Shown here: positions 1 through 11,000 of the stretch, piece by piece
How positions within the stretch are numbered: the first letter of the stretch is position 1
Layout of the letters: each line of letters begins with the position of its first letter
Virus record (IMG/VR): IMGVR_UViG_3300033069_000956
Location: 3,810 to 67,809 of that record
Length of the DNA stretch: 64,000 nt
Strand: one strand, 5' to 3'
Source: a virus
Taxonomy: Duplodnaviria > Caudoviricetes
Position numbers and translations under genes: made by a program
Notes under the pieces: generated by a model
Told to the model about the DNA's origin: nothing
The model's input: only the letters and a program-made list of their open reading frames with translations
Database searches by the model: none

Positions 1-1
1 A

Positions 2-325
2 TCGGTGTTCGAGCTCGGCACCGGCGGTGACTTCATGCTGGTGTCGCGCACCATACCGGACATGAACTTCACGGGTTCGACGGCCACCAATCCGTCGGTC
101 AACATCACGTTTGACAAGCGCGACTACCCGGGCTCTGCGTTCGTTGTCGGCCCCGACGACCCGGTAACGCGCACGGTGGAACTGCCCGTCGAACAATACA
201 CCCCCAAGATCGACAAGCGCTTCCGGGCGCGGTCGGTGTCCATCGGTATCGAGACGACTTCAACTGGGACGCTCTGGCAGCTCGGCGTCCCGCGTCTCTA
301 TGCCAGCCCAGACGGGCAGCGCTAA
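2..325 (+). CDS. Tail tubular/stabilisation protein, C-terminal fragment (5' end outside window)
   Basis: Frame open from the window edge; ends ...KRFRARSVSIGIET...WQLGVPRLYASPDGQR, like the C-terminus of podovirus tail-stabilisation proteins; lies upstream of the ejection genes. Confidence 0.6.
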   Translation, partial: SVFELGTGGDFMLVSRTIPDMNFTGSTATNPSVNITFDKRDYPGSAFVVGPDDPVTRTVELPVEQYTPKIDKRFRARSVSIGIETTSTGTLWQLGVPRLYASPDGQR

Positions 326-628
326 ATGGCCGGCCCCAACCAGATCCCTATCCGGCCAGCGCCGCCCCGCGCACCGGCGCAGTTTTCGGAGAACTGGGTC
401 AACGAACTGAACAGGTGGTTGACCAGCCTGAGCGAGGCCCAGGCCGGGTTCCTCTTCGTTCGAGTGGCGGGCATGTACTGGCCGTCGCCGCCGACCAGCG
501 GTTACGGATTACAGGCTGGTGAAGTTTTCTCGAACGATGGTATACTCACTGTCGTACAGGAAGACGACATTTGGGCGGGCGGGTTCTCCGCCACGGTCGA
601 GCTCGGAACATTGACGGTTACGGTGTAG
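326..628 (+). CDS. Small virion-module hypothetical protein
   Basis: ATG abuts upstream TAA; 100 aa; inside structural operon. Confidence 0.6.
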   Translation: MAGPNQIPIRPAPPRAPAQFSENWVNELNRWLTSLSEAQAGFLFVRVAGMYWPSPPTSGYGLQAGEVFSNDGILTVVQEDDIWAGGFSATVELGTLTVTV

Positions 629-636
629 AGGACAGC

Positions 637-2694
637 ATGGCCAAACTCGACAACACCAGCAGGACGTCCTCGGACAAGAACAATTCCAGAAGCTCGTCCA
701 GTTCGACGAAAACATCTTCGTCCTTGAGCAGCACATCAAGCAAGTCTTCAACCAAGGCCACGCCGGGTAGCCGAACGTCGTCTTCGCTGTCGTCGTCATC
801 GTCGTCAAACAAACTTAACAAAACCACGTCCAAACCTGCCGCGGCAAAGAACACGACTGGCAGCCTGTCGAGCGGAAATTCCAGCGGTTCGGGCAGCAAA
901 AGCAACGCAGCCAAGACTAACCGCCCCTCCATGGCAGCGGGCGAGCGCAACGCAGGTGTCAACGTCAAAGGTGTTTCGCGCACTGACCCGGTTTTTGACC
1001 GTGGACCGACGTGGTCGCAGTTCGATGATTTCGTCGAGGCAACGCGACCGACCAAGGACGGCGGGCGACGGAGTGATATCGGCGGCGGGGCGCAACTCGC
1101 AGACCTGATCGCCATGCAGACGCCTGGGGCCCGGCTGGCAGCGTTCAACCCGATGGCGCAGGATACGTACGGGAACGGCGTGCCGTTAGACCCGTTCGCC
1201 GAAGCGGCGGACTATCGCGCTGCCAAGATCGCTGAACGTGAGGCGGCGGGCGTGCCCGCGTCTGGACCGATCGACTGGGGCGCGGTTCTCTATGACATGA
1301 ACGCCCCGTACCGGGCGCGCGAAGAAGAAGCCGGTGGCGCGCCATTCGCGGGCGCCGTCGACTGGTCCGGTATCGGCGCAGCCATGTTTGGCGGCGCGGG
1401 CACCGATGAGAGCGACTACGCCCAGTTCCTGGCGAAGGCCGGACTGCCGCCCGACTTCGACCCCGGTGCCGTCGGGCCGTCCTCGCGCGGCGGGCAGCGC
1501 CGCCCGGCCACCGTAGATCCGGTCACTGGCTACGCCATTGACCCGGTGACCAACACGGCGTACCGGCCCGGCTCGACGCAGATGGCTATGAACGACCGGT
1601 TGCCGCAAGGCGAGCAAGGGATGCCGGACCCGACAGCCCTCCCCGGGCAGACGACCAACCCGTTCATCGGGCTCAAGCAAGGTATCGAAGCCGAGCAGCG
1701 CCGCTTGGCCGGGATCAGCGACGTGGCCATGCCGCGTCCCCGCCCAGGCTATGTCGGCGCGCCGATCGAAACCGCTATGCTCCCCGGACAGGTGGAAGGC
1801 GGCCCGATGCCCACCCCGGAAGCCGACGCTGGCGTTGCGGCGTTTGCGCCCCCGCCCAAGAAAGAACCAACAATATGGGATAATGTCGTCGACATGGGCG
1901 GCGGGCTGCTCGAGCACACCGGCCTCGGTGGCGCGGTCAAGGCGCTGTTCCCTGACGTGTGGTACGGGGCGGGCGAGGCGCTCAAAGGCGCCAAGGGCGG
2001 CAAGACGGATAACAGCCTGCCGCCGAAATCGTTGTCTGAACCTATCCGCGACCGCAGCGACAACAACGGCAGCAAGACGCCGCGCCCCACAACCCCCGCG
2101 CCGTTCCCGGACCTCAATAACAACGGCATAGATGATCGGCTGGAAGGCTACACACCGCCCCCGCCCGGCACGCCGACCAACCAGTATGGCCGCCCGGGCA
2201 GCGTGCTATTCCCCGACATGCCGCCCTATAATCCAGGGCGCGATAACGAGTGGCTCTATTTCCGGCGCAACGCCTTGGCTGAAGGCGGTGAGGTTGACCC
2301 CATGGCCAGCGACCCGCGCATGGCTATGATCGCTGACGTCGAAGACGTGCTCGAGGACATTGCAGCGGGCAAGAAACCTGGGCCTGAAGACGAGAGGATC
2401 TTGCGCGAGTTTGTGGCTCAGTTTGGCGACGACGCTTTGCGCGCGCTCAATGACCGCGTCAAGGGCGGCAACAAGATGCGCGGCCCGCGACTTGTCGAAG
2501 GGCCAGGCACCGAGACCAGTGATTCCATTCCGGCCGTTATCGAGGACGCCCCCGGCGGCCCGCAGCCTGCCGCGCTGAGCGATGGTGAGGTTGTCATTCC
2601 CGCCGACGCTGTGCGCGCCGCTGGTGACGGGGACCGGCAGAAGGGCGCCGAACAGTTGATGGCGTTGAGCGACATGCTGGTTGAGGGCCGATGA
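637..2694 (+). CDS. Internal virion/ejection-type protein with Ser/Thr/Lys-rich N-terminus
   Basis: ATG 637 with GAGGA RBS (track start 571 is an upstream extension); C-terminal ALAEGGEV and GPGTETSDSIPA...LSDGEVVIPADAV motifs typical of phage internal virion proteins. Confidence 0.65.
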   Translation: MAKLDNTSRTSSDKNNSRSSSSSTKTSSSLSSTSSKSSTKATPGSRTSSSLSSSSSSNKLNKTTSKPAAAKNTTGSLSSGNSSGSGSKSNAAKTNRPSMAAGERNAGVNVKGVSRTDPVFDRGPTWSQFDDFVEATRPTKDGGRRSDIGGGAQLADLIAMQTPGARLAAFNPMAQDTYGNGVPLDPFAEAADYRAAKIAEREAAGVPASGPIDWGAVLYDMNAPYRAREEEAGGAPFAGAVDWSGIGAAMFGGAGTDESDYAQFLAKAGLPPDFDPGAVGPSSRGGQRRPATVDPVTGYAIDPVTNTAYRPGSTQMAMNDRLPQGEQGMPDPTALPGQTTNPFIGLKQGIEAEQRRLAGISDVAMPRPRPGYVGAPIETAMLPGQVEGGPMPTPEADAGVAAFAPPPKKEPTIWDNVVDMGGGLLEHTGLGGAVKALFPDVWYGAGEALKGAKGGKTDNSLPPKSLSEPIRDRSDNNGSKTPRPTTPAPFPDLNNNGIDDRLEGYTPPPPGTPTNQYGRPGSVLFPDMPPYNPGRDNEWLYFRRNALAEGGEVDPMASDPRMAMIADVEDVLEDIAAGKKPGPEDERILREFVAQFGDDALRALNDRVKGGNKMRGPRLVEGPGTETSDSIPAVIEDAPGGPQPAALSDGEVVIPADAVRAAGDGDRQKGAEQLMALSDMLVEGR

Positions 2695-3146
2695 CGTGGA
2701 CCATGAGCGTCATACCGCCCGAAGGTGTCGAGCTGTTCTGGCCGCAGGTCGAGCGGCTGCTGGCGCTGGCCACCGCCTATTCGGGCGGCCGGATGACGGT
2801 CGAGGATCTGCGCGAACGCATGCTCGACGGGCGGTATCTGTTATGGGTGGCGCACGATGGTGAGGCCATCCGCGCAGCCTTTGCTACCCGCACGGCGGTC
2901 TATCCGCGGCGTAAAGTTCTCGTCGTCGAGTGTGCCGGCGGCGTGGGTCTGCGGGAATGGATCGAGCTCGTGCAGCAGACGTTCCGCAACTTTGCCCGCG
3001 ATAGCGGGCTGGACGGGGTCGAAATGTACGGGCGCCCAGGTTGGACCCGTGTACTTTCTCGCTATGGATGGAAGCGCGCAATGGTGGTAATGGAAGTAGA
3101 CCAGCGCGCAGTGGACACGCCGCGCAACGCAGGAGGCGGAAATTAA
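2691..3146 (+). CDS. GNAT-like small protein of ejection module
   Basis: ATGA coupling; 151 aa with alpha/beta pattern and EMYGRPGWTRVL motif, as in GNAT-like genes preceding podophage ejection proteins. Confidence 0.55.
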   Translation: MTWTMSVIPPEGVELFWPQVERLLALATAYSGGRMTVEDLRERMLDGRYLLWVAHDGEAIRAAFATRTAVYPRRKVLVVECAGGVGLREWIELVQQTFRNFARDSGLDGVEMYGRPGWTRVLSRYGWKRAMVVMEVDQRAVDTPRNAGGGN

Positions 3147-4020
3147 GGGCGGCGGCGACACCACAACCACAACCAACACCGGGGCGCTCCCCGATTATAT
3201 CAAGCCCTATGTCGACGAGTACCTCAAGATGGGTCAGTCGGCGGCGAAGCTTCCGTACCAGACCTACAACAATCCGCGGTTGGCCAACTTCTCGGGCGAG
3301 ACCAACACCGCCTTTGACATGGTCAAGAACCAGGCCGCCGCCGGTACGCCGGGTATCGACGCCGCCGTGACCTCTGCCGGTAACGTTGCGGGCTACCAGG
3401 CGCAAGGTATTCCGGGCACCGACCTGACGCCCTACATGAACCCCTATATTAACAACGTTCTGGACGTGCAGAAGAACCGCGCGACGCAGAGCTTCCAGGA
3501 ACAGCAGGCAGGCCGTGACGCCGCCGCTGTTGCTGCCGGGGCCTTCGGCGGCGATCGGCGCTTCGTGCAGGACAGCCTCGCCCAGCGCGACCTGAACCAG
3601 CAGATGCAGGAGATGGACGCCACCGGCCTGGCTGCAGCGTTTGATCGCGGCACCAGCCTGTTCCAAACCGACGAAGAGAACCGCCGCCTCGGTACCGCGC
3701 TCGGCTTATCCGGCGCGCAGACACAGGGCGCGCTGTCGCAGACGCAGCAGGATATGAAGCTCGGGCTGGCCGAAGCACTCTCCGGCGTGGGCGCCAAGAA
3801 GCAGCAGCGCGAACAGGCCGGGCTCGATATGGCCTACCAGGACTTCACCAACCAGCGCGATTACCCCAAACAGCAAGCCGAATTCTACCGGTCCATTATC
3901 AGCGGCACGCCGGTTACGCCGTCCCAGACCAGTTCGACCACCACGCCGGCCCCCGATTTCCTGTCGCAGCTGCTCGGCCTTGCCGTCGGCGGCGCGGGGA
4001 TCTGGGACCTCTTGAAGTAG
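3142..4020 (+). CDS. DNA ejection/pilot protein (probable AUU start)
   Basis: Frame open from 3100; AGGAGG 3131-3136 then ATT 3142 gives MKGGGDTTTTTNTGALPDYIKPY; Gln/Ala-rich body, GAFGG motif, hydrophobic Gly-rich C-terminus. Confidence 0.7.
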   Translation: MKGGGDTTTTTNTGALPDYIKPYVDEYLKMGQSAAKLPYQTYNNPRLANFSGETNTAFDMVKNQAAAGTPGIDAAVTSAGNVAGYQAQGIPGTDLTPYMNPYINNVLDVQKNRATQSFQEQQAGRDAAAVAAGAFGGDRRFVQDSLAQRDLNQQMQEMDATGLAAAFDRGTSLFQTDEENRRLGTALGLSGAQTQGALSQTQQDMKLGLAEALSGVGAKKQQREQAGLDMAYQDFTNQRDYPKQQAEFYRSIISGTPVTPSQTSSTTTPAPDFLSQLLGLAVGGAGIWDLLK

Positions 4021-4030
4021 CGGGCGCAGC

Positions 4031-5074
4031 ATGGCCAACCTGATCGAACAGATGAACACACTCAAGGGGCTGGACGACAGCGCCTTGCAGAACGAAGTCC
4101 AGATGCCCTCTGGCGCGGCCCCGCCGTTCCTTGTGCTCACCGAGATCAATCGCCGCAAAGATATGCGGCAGCGTTTCGACGCGCAGAAAGCCAAGCAGAA
4201 ACCTTCGACAACCGTGGCCGAGGACATCACCTTCGGCCTTCCCGCCGCGCCGCCATCGGCTGCGCCCGGGGGGCTGGGTGACGCCGCTGCGCAAGCGGGC
4301 CCCGCCATGCCGGGGTTCGCGAATGGCGGTCTGGTAGACGCCGCCATGTACGCCGACGGCGGCCCGGTCAATTACAGCGATATCGCGGGCCGCTACAACG
4401 AGCGGTTGAGTGGGCTGTCCGAAGACAAGGACCGTGCCCGCGCGCTCGCGCTGCTGGCCGCCAGCGCCGGTATCCTTGGCGGTGGATCGTCGAACACGCT
4501 CAAGAATGTCGGCGCCGGTATCGGGGCTTTTGCCGGGTCCTATGGCGATGCGCTCAAGACCATCGACAGCCAGGAACTGGACCTGCTGCGCGGGGCCACG
4601 GGTATTGAACAGTTGCAGCAACAGTCGGATATGGCGTTGCTTGACCAGAATTTCCGTGAGCGCCAGCTGGCGTCGCAGGATTCACGGATGACGCAGGACA
4701 GAAAGCCGGCGGCTGTCGTTGAGTTCGAGTACTACCAAGGGCTCGATGACGCCGGGAAGAAAGCCTACCAGGAGCGCAACCCGGCGTACAACCCGAACGC
4801 GGTCACCAACTCTGAACGGCTGGCCGACGACCTCGACAAGATCTACGCCGACGCGCAGAAGCTGTTCCCGATTACCGAGTATGACGCCCCGGACGTGGCC
4901 GCAGCCAAACAGCAGAAGGCACAGGCCGCCGCGTATCAGCGCATCGTCGCGTCGCGCGGTAAACTGATCGCCGACGAGTGGGCGGCAAACCAGGGTCTTT
5001 CCCTCGGGGACATTGTTGTCGGCGGTACGCCCGACGTGGTAGATGAGAAGGACCCGCTCGGTTTAGGACTCTGA
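4031..5074 (+). CDS. DNA ejection protein
   Basis: 347 aa, FANGGLV/YADGGPV motifs, Gly/Ala hydrophobic stretch, sits between pilot-like gene and giant protein. Confidence 0.65.
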   Translation: MANLIEQMNTLKGLDDSALQNEVQMPSGAAPPFLVLTEINRRKDMRQRFDAQKAKQKPSTTVAEDITFGLPAAPPSAAPGGLGDAAAQAGPAMPGFANGGLVDAAMYADGGPVNYSDIAGRYNERLSGLSEDKDRARALALLAASAGILGGGSSNTLKNVGAGIGAFAGSYGDALKTIDSQELDLLRGATGIEQLQQQSDMALLDQNFRERQLASQDSRMTQDRKPAAVVEFEYYQGLDDAGKKAYQERNPAYNPNAVTNSERLADDLDKIYADAQKLFPITEYDAPDVAAAKQQKAQAAAYQRIVASRGKLIADEWAANQGLSLGDIVVGGTPDVVDEKDPLGLGL

Positions 5075-5078
5075 CATC

Positions 5079-8000
5079 ATGGCGATGACGCTTGCTGACG
5101 TTCGTGCGAAGTACCCCCAGTACAAGGACGTCGATGATCAAGCCCTGGCGGACGCCATCTATAACAAGCACTACGCTGGCAAGGATCGGCGCGAGTTCGA
5201 CGCCCGCGTTGGCCTGAAACCCTACCAGAATTTCGGCGAAGCCATCGGCACGGCGGTCGGCAATATCCCCGCCGGCGTCGAGCGGTCCAAATACCTGCTC
5301 GGTGAAATGATTGCCGACACGGCGTCGCAGGCCATCGATCCTCGCCAGCAGATGGGCTTCACCCCGCCGCTCAAGGTTGAGCCGGGCGCGCCAGTGGCGG
5401 ACCTGCTGGCACAGCCCGCCGCCATGGAAATCCCCGCTGCTGGTCCGGGCAATCTCTTGCCAAAGGACATGCAGCGCGCGCTCGGGCGCAAGGCGGCAGA
5501 GGTTTCCCTGAGCCAGCAGCTTCGCCGCGCCGCGCCTGACGCCGCGCTTCAGGCCAACGCCCTCGATGTCGCTCCCGGGTCACTTGAAGAAGGTGTGGCG
5601 GGCGGCGTCGCCGGCGCGGTCGAGATGGCTGCGCCCATGGCCGCGTCGATCCTCGTGCGTAACCCCGCGCCCCTCGTCACCTATTTCACCGCGCGCACGG
5701 CAGGCGATACTTACGGCACGGCCAAGGAAACCGGTGCGCCTTATAACCAGGCCATTGCCGGGGCGGCGCTGAACGCGGCGGCTGAAGCGGCTACCGAAGC
5801 GCTCGCAGGTAAGGTGTTCCTTGACGGCGGCAAGACGCTGGTCGGCAGCGTGCTCAAGGGCGTCGGCACCGAGGCCCTGACTGAAGGCGCGACAGAGGCG
5901 CTGCAGGCGCTGGTTGATTCCGGTGTGCTCGGCGTTGACATGACCCTCACCGACGCCCTGAACCGCGTCAAGACCGCCACAATCGCGGGCGGTATTGCGG
6001 GCGGTATCGTCTCCCCGATCACGCATGTTGCGCGCGGCCCCGGTGAACCGGAAGTCAGCCCGGCCATGGTCACCGCGCCTGAACCGGAACCCGACGCGCC
6101 GATCGAAGACCGTGTCGCGCTGCCCGGCCCGCAGACCATGCTGGCGTTGCCGAGCCCGGAGCAGTTCAAGGCTCCGGAACTGCCGCGCCGCCAGCCCGCC
6201 CCGCCGCGTCGGGAGGAACCCAAGCCCCCGACAGAAGACGAGATCGATTACCAGTCGCGTGTTGCCCTGCAGCGGACCCGGCAGCAGGAAACCGCCGAGC
6301 TCTTGCAGACGGCGCGCGAGACCATCACGCCGCTCGGGACGTTTGATATCAAGGACGTCGACACGCTGGCCGCGCCTGCGCCGGAAACGCGGACGCAGAA
6401 CGGTCAGGTACAGGTCAAGCACGGGCGCAACGGTAAATGGCACAACGCCACGATGACGCCGGACGGGCAGATCGTCAGCCCCGGCGCTGACGCCGACATG
6501 CGCGCCGAGCAGCAGTCTATCGCGCAGCGCATCCGCGCCCATCGTGTCCGCACCGGCCGCCCGGTCGAGGCCCCCATCACCATCGAAGAGATGGCCCGGG
6601 CCAAGGTACCGCAGCGCCAGATCGACGCCGTGATCGCCGCTCGTCGGCCCATGACCAACGGTGGGGCGTTGACGGCGCTCGACATCATGCGTACCGCCGA
6701 CGCCAAGAACATCATCCCGACCGACAGCAATTTCGCCGAGCTGGCTCTGCGCACCACCGGGCAGCGCAACGTGCAGCGCATGACCCAGGCCCAGCTCAAC
6801 GCGCTCAAGACCACGCTCGACGCCATGCCGGCGCACGCCACGCCGGTCACCGTGCCGCTGGCTGAACAGAGCCCGTTCACCGATGAGATGTACGGCAAGG
6901 CCGTCGACGCCATCCGCCAGCAGGGGCGCTATACCGCGGCGGCCATCAAGGACGCGACGGGGCTCAAGACCGTCAAGGATGTTGACGCCGTCCGCGACGC
7001 CATGGTGCGCCGTGGCCAGTTGATCGAGCGCGGCAAGGGCGATTACCGCCTCTATGATACGCTCGGTGTCGAACGCCAGACGGTTCCCGAGGACCTGCCG
7101 CCGGGGGCCTTCAAGGAATACACCATGCGCCGGGTGCCGGTCAGCAAGGTGCGCGTCACGCGCGACGGTAAGTCGGCGGGCACGTTCTCGTCAGCCGCCG
7201 AGGCGCGCGCCGAGGTCAGCAAGATCCGCGCCAAGGACAAGGCCGCCGGCGTCAAGATCGAGCCCGCCGAAGAGACGGCGTGGGGTGTCATGGAGAACCG
7301 CTACGACGAGCAGGGTAACCTGCTCGGGTCGGTGGTGGTTGATTCGCATCGCGACGAGGTCGCGGCGCAGAAGGCGCTCGAACAGTTGAACGCGCCGCCG
7401 GACACCGGCGCGCGTTACACGCAGACCGCCGTCGCGCCGAACCTGTCAACCGACCCCGCTGCCCCGGCGCGCCCCCGCGCACCGATGCCCGCGCCTTTCG
7501 CTGGCCGCCTGCCCGAGATCGTCAAACGCCTGAACGCCCAGGCTCGCGAACGCAAACTGCCGCTGCTCGGCGTGCGCGTGCAGATCAAGCCGAACCTGAC
7601 CGCGCCGGAAGGCGAAGCGGTCGAAGGGTTCTATCTGCGCAAGCTGATCTCGCTGACCGCCCAGAACCTGACCCCTGAAATGTCGACGGACCAGATCGTC
7701 GAAAAGCTCGGCCAGGTCATGGACCACGAACTGATCCACGCCTTGCGGGCCGCCGACGTGCTCGGCCCAGAGACCGACGGATGGAAGACCATTGTCCGCT
7801 ACGCCAAGCGCGCCAAGCGCCCCGGCAGCACCGAGTCCTATCTGGACTGGGCCCGGCGCAACTACGCCAATGTCCCTGGTTACGAGACCAATGATAGCAT
7901 CGAGGAAGAGGCCATTGCCGAGGCGTTCCGGGCGTGGGCGTCGAACCGCCGTAACGTCACCGGCAAGCCCGCCACGGTCTTCCGGCAACTGGTCGAATGG

Positions 8001-11000
8001 TTCAAGCGCCTGATCAACACCGTGCCGCAGGAAGCCTTCATGGCTATCGAGAGCGGGCAGATGGTGCTCGACGCCTTGCGCCCGCCCGGCGGCGATCTGC
8101 CGCGCGCCAAAGCGACGCGCCAGATGGAAGCGGCCGCGACAGGGGTCAGCGAAGCGCAGCAGGCCAAGGATGAAAACCTTGTGCGCGTGCGCAGCCGCGA
8201 ATATCTGCGGGCCCGTGAACAGGCGCGCGACGATCGGTTCGGCAGGTCCGGCCCCAAGACCGTACTCGGCACGACGCCGTCCAAGACCTACAATGTGGGC
8301 GAGGTCGGCGACGTCGCGCTGGCGCGATCCTTTGCCGATACCTACCGGCAACAGAACGGCGTCAGCGGCGAGCGGCCGATGACGCTGCTGCCCGTTGACG
8401 CCAATTACATGAAGCGCGTCGCTGACGCGCAGGCCAAGGGCCAGCACTCCCCCGGCGATCCGGCCGTGGCCAAGGCGTACCGCGCGCTGATCGACGAAAC
8501 GCGGCACATGTTCCAGGCCCTCGGCCCGATCGAGGTTACTGCATGGGACGGGAACGGCGCGCCCTACGCCAGCCCGGCGGCCATGCTGGGCGACATCGCG
8601 GCCGGCAAACTCACCCTGCGCCTGTCCGACGAGATGTTCGGGCCGGGCGCGGATAACCCCGGGCATCCGCTCAACACCGCGTCGGGGCTCAAGACCACCG
8701 ACGATCGGGTGCTGACCAACAACGACCTGTTACGCATCGTGCATGACGTCTATGGCCACGGCCAGTCCGGGTTCCGCGACGACGCGCGCGGCGCCTACAA
8801 CGCCTATCATGAACATGCGCGCCTGCTCTCGCCCGAGGCCCGCCAGGCGCTGGCCACCGAGACGCTGGGCCAGCGCGCATGGCAGGAGTTCGGCCAGCAC
8901 CTGCGCCGCCGCGACGGCACCGTGCCGCGTGAGACGGACGTCGACTATCTGCCACCGAACCAGAAAGAGTTCGCCGAGCAGAAGGCGTTCCTTATCGACG
9001 AGGATTTGATCAGCGCCGATCCCGGTTGGGCTATGGCCGAGAAGGCTTCGGGGGTGGAGGAGACACCGCGCTTCATGGTTGGCTACCACGGCACGCCACA
9101 CAAGGTTGACCGGTTCAGCAAAGATAAGATCGGGACCGGCGAAGGCGCACAGGCCTACGGCTACGGGCTGTATTTCACAAGCAAGAAAGAGGTCGCGGAT
9201 CATTACCGACAGGCGCTTTCGTACAAAAGCACGGTGAAAGAATTTAGAGACGCATTACCCGACGACGCTGATTTTGACGAGGTAATGGACCTCATTGGGA
9301 CGGGCAGGTTCACGCCTTACCAAGAACGACTGCTGAAAGCCCTGAACGCCGACGGATGGCTGGGGTTCGACTATCCGTCGCAGGCTATATCTGCTGCGTA
9401 CAGCAAGAATGTCGCAAACTGGGACCCGTCGCAAGAACTGCTTGACGCCGTTGCGGGTACCGGAAATCTGTACAAGGTTGACCTCCCAGAAGACAACGAA
9501 CTGATGAACTGGAACGCCACGCTCGGCGCGCAGCCAACTGGGGTGCGTGCTAAGCTGGAAAGTTTTGGCCTGGATATGGGCCAGCTTGCCGCCGACCTGT
9601 TTGAAGGTGACGCCGCGGACCTGACCGGCGAGATGATCTACGAGGCTATCGCTGCGCAGGTAGCGCCAAGCGCCGACGGCAGCGGTAACCCTGCCGCGGC
9701 ATCTGCCGCGCTGGCTGCGGCGGGCATCCCTGGGCACACCTATACCGGAAAGGACAGCGGCGCAAAGAACTATGTCATCTACGATGACAGCCGCATCCAG
9801 ATACTCGAAGAGAACCCGAAGTTCTCCCGCTTCGACGAAGACCTCCCCGGCGGGCGCCTCTACGGCAACCCGGACCGCAGCCCCGGCGGCGCGCTGAGCA
9901 AGCCCGACACGCCCACCCCGGCCTTCACCAACGCCCGCCCCGCCAACCGCTTCTTTGGCGGCGAGATGGCCGAGCATCAATTGCAGATGGTGCGCACCGG
10001 CGAGCGGGGCGCGACCATGATCTATCTCAACCCGGAGGATTACCTTGCTCTTGCCGATACGCCTGAGAACCCGGAACAGGGAACGTTTGACGCGGCTATC
10101 GCGCAAGGCTTCAAGTTCTCAACTCTCCCGTCCCTCGTCATCGACGGCTACGCTGGTAACGTCCGTGCTGTTGCCGCAGACGGGGCTTATGCTGGACGTG
10201 CACTCGCTGCCGGGGGAGACGCCATCCCTGTCGTACTCTATCCGAAAAAGGGGGAATCCCTCGGCCTAGTCACGGCGCTCGAAGCGCCCGACGGTTCGCG
10301 TGTGCCGTGGCCCCGCGACGGGCGGCAGGAGAACTTCCCCGAGGTTCGCGGGCCACGTTACAGCGTGGGGTCTGAGGAGTTCCGGCGCTGGTTCGGCAAT
10401 AGCGCCGTTGTCAATGCGGACGGTTCTCCGAAGGTGGTATTCCACGGCAGCCCGACCCGGTTCACGGCGTTCGATAAGAGCAAGATCGGCACTTCGACCG
10501 ACACCGGTGACATCGGTGCGGGGTTCTATTTCACGCCGAACTTCATGCACGCGCAGGTCTATGGCGCGGATGAAGATGGTGTGCAGCGCAGCGAAAATGT
10601 CGCGCGCGTTTTCCTGTCGATCCAAAACCCCTTGCGCGAGTTCACGCCGGACTTCATGGCCGCCGTCGATCAGCGCGTAGGCGCTCAGCAGATGCCAGCC
10701 GAGACCAACAGTTGGACGTCCGTCGGTTCGTCGCCCGAAGGGTTCGCCGCTCAAGCTCGTTCGCAGGCGATCACGGCGGAAGCCTTAGCGCGCGGGTACG
10801 ACGGCGTGTGGATGAACAATCCCCGCTTCGGCTATGAAGAGCTCGTCGCCTTCGAGCCGGCTCAGATCAAAAGCGCGGTGAACAACAACGGCCAGTACGA
10901 CGCCACCAACCCGGACATCCGCTACAGTATCAACGCCCCGTTCGGCGAGCGCGTCCCCGACACCGAGCCGGGGCCGATGCGCAACATCGTGCGCCAGCGG

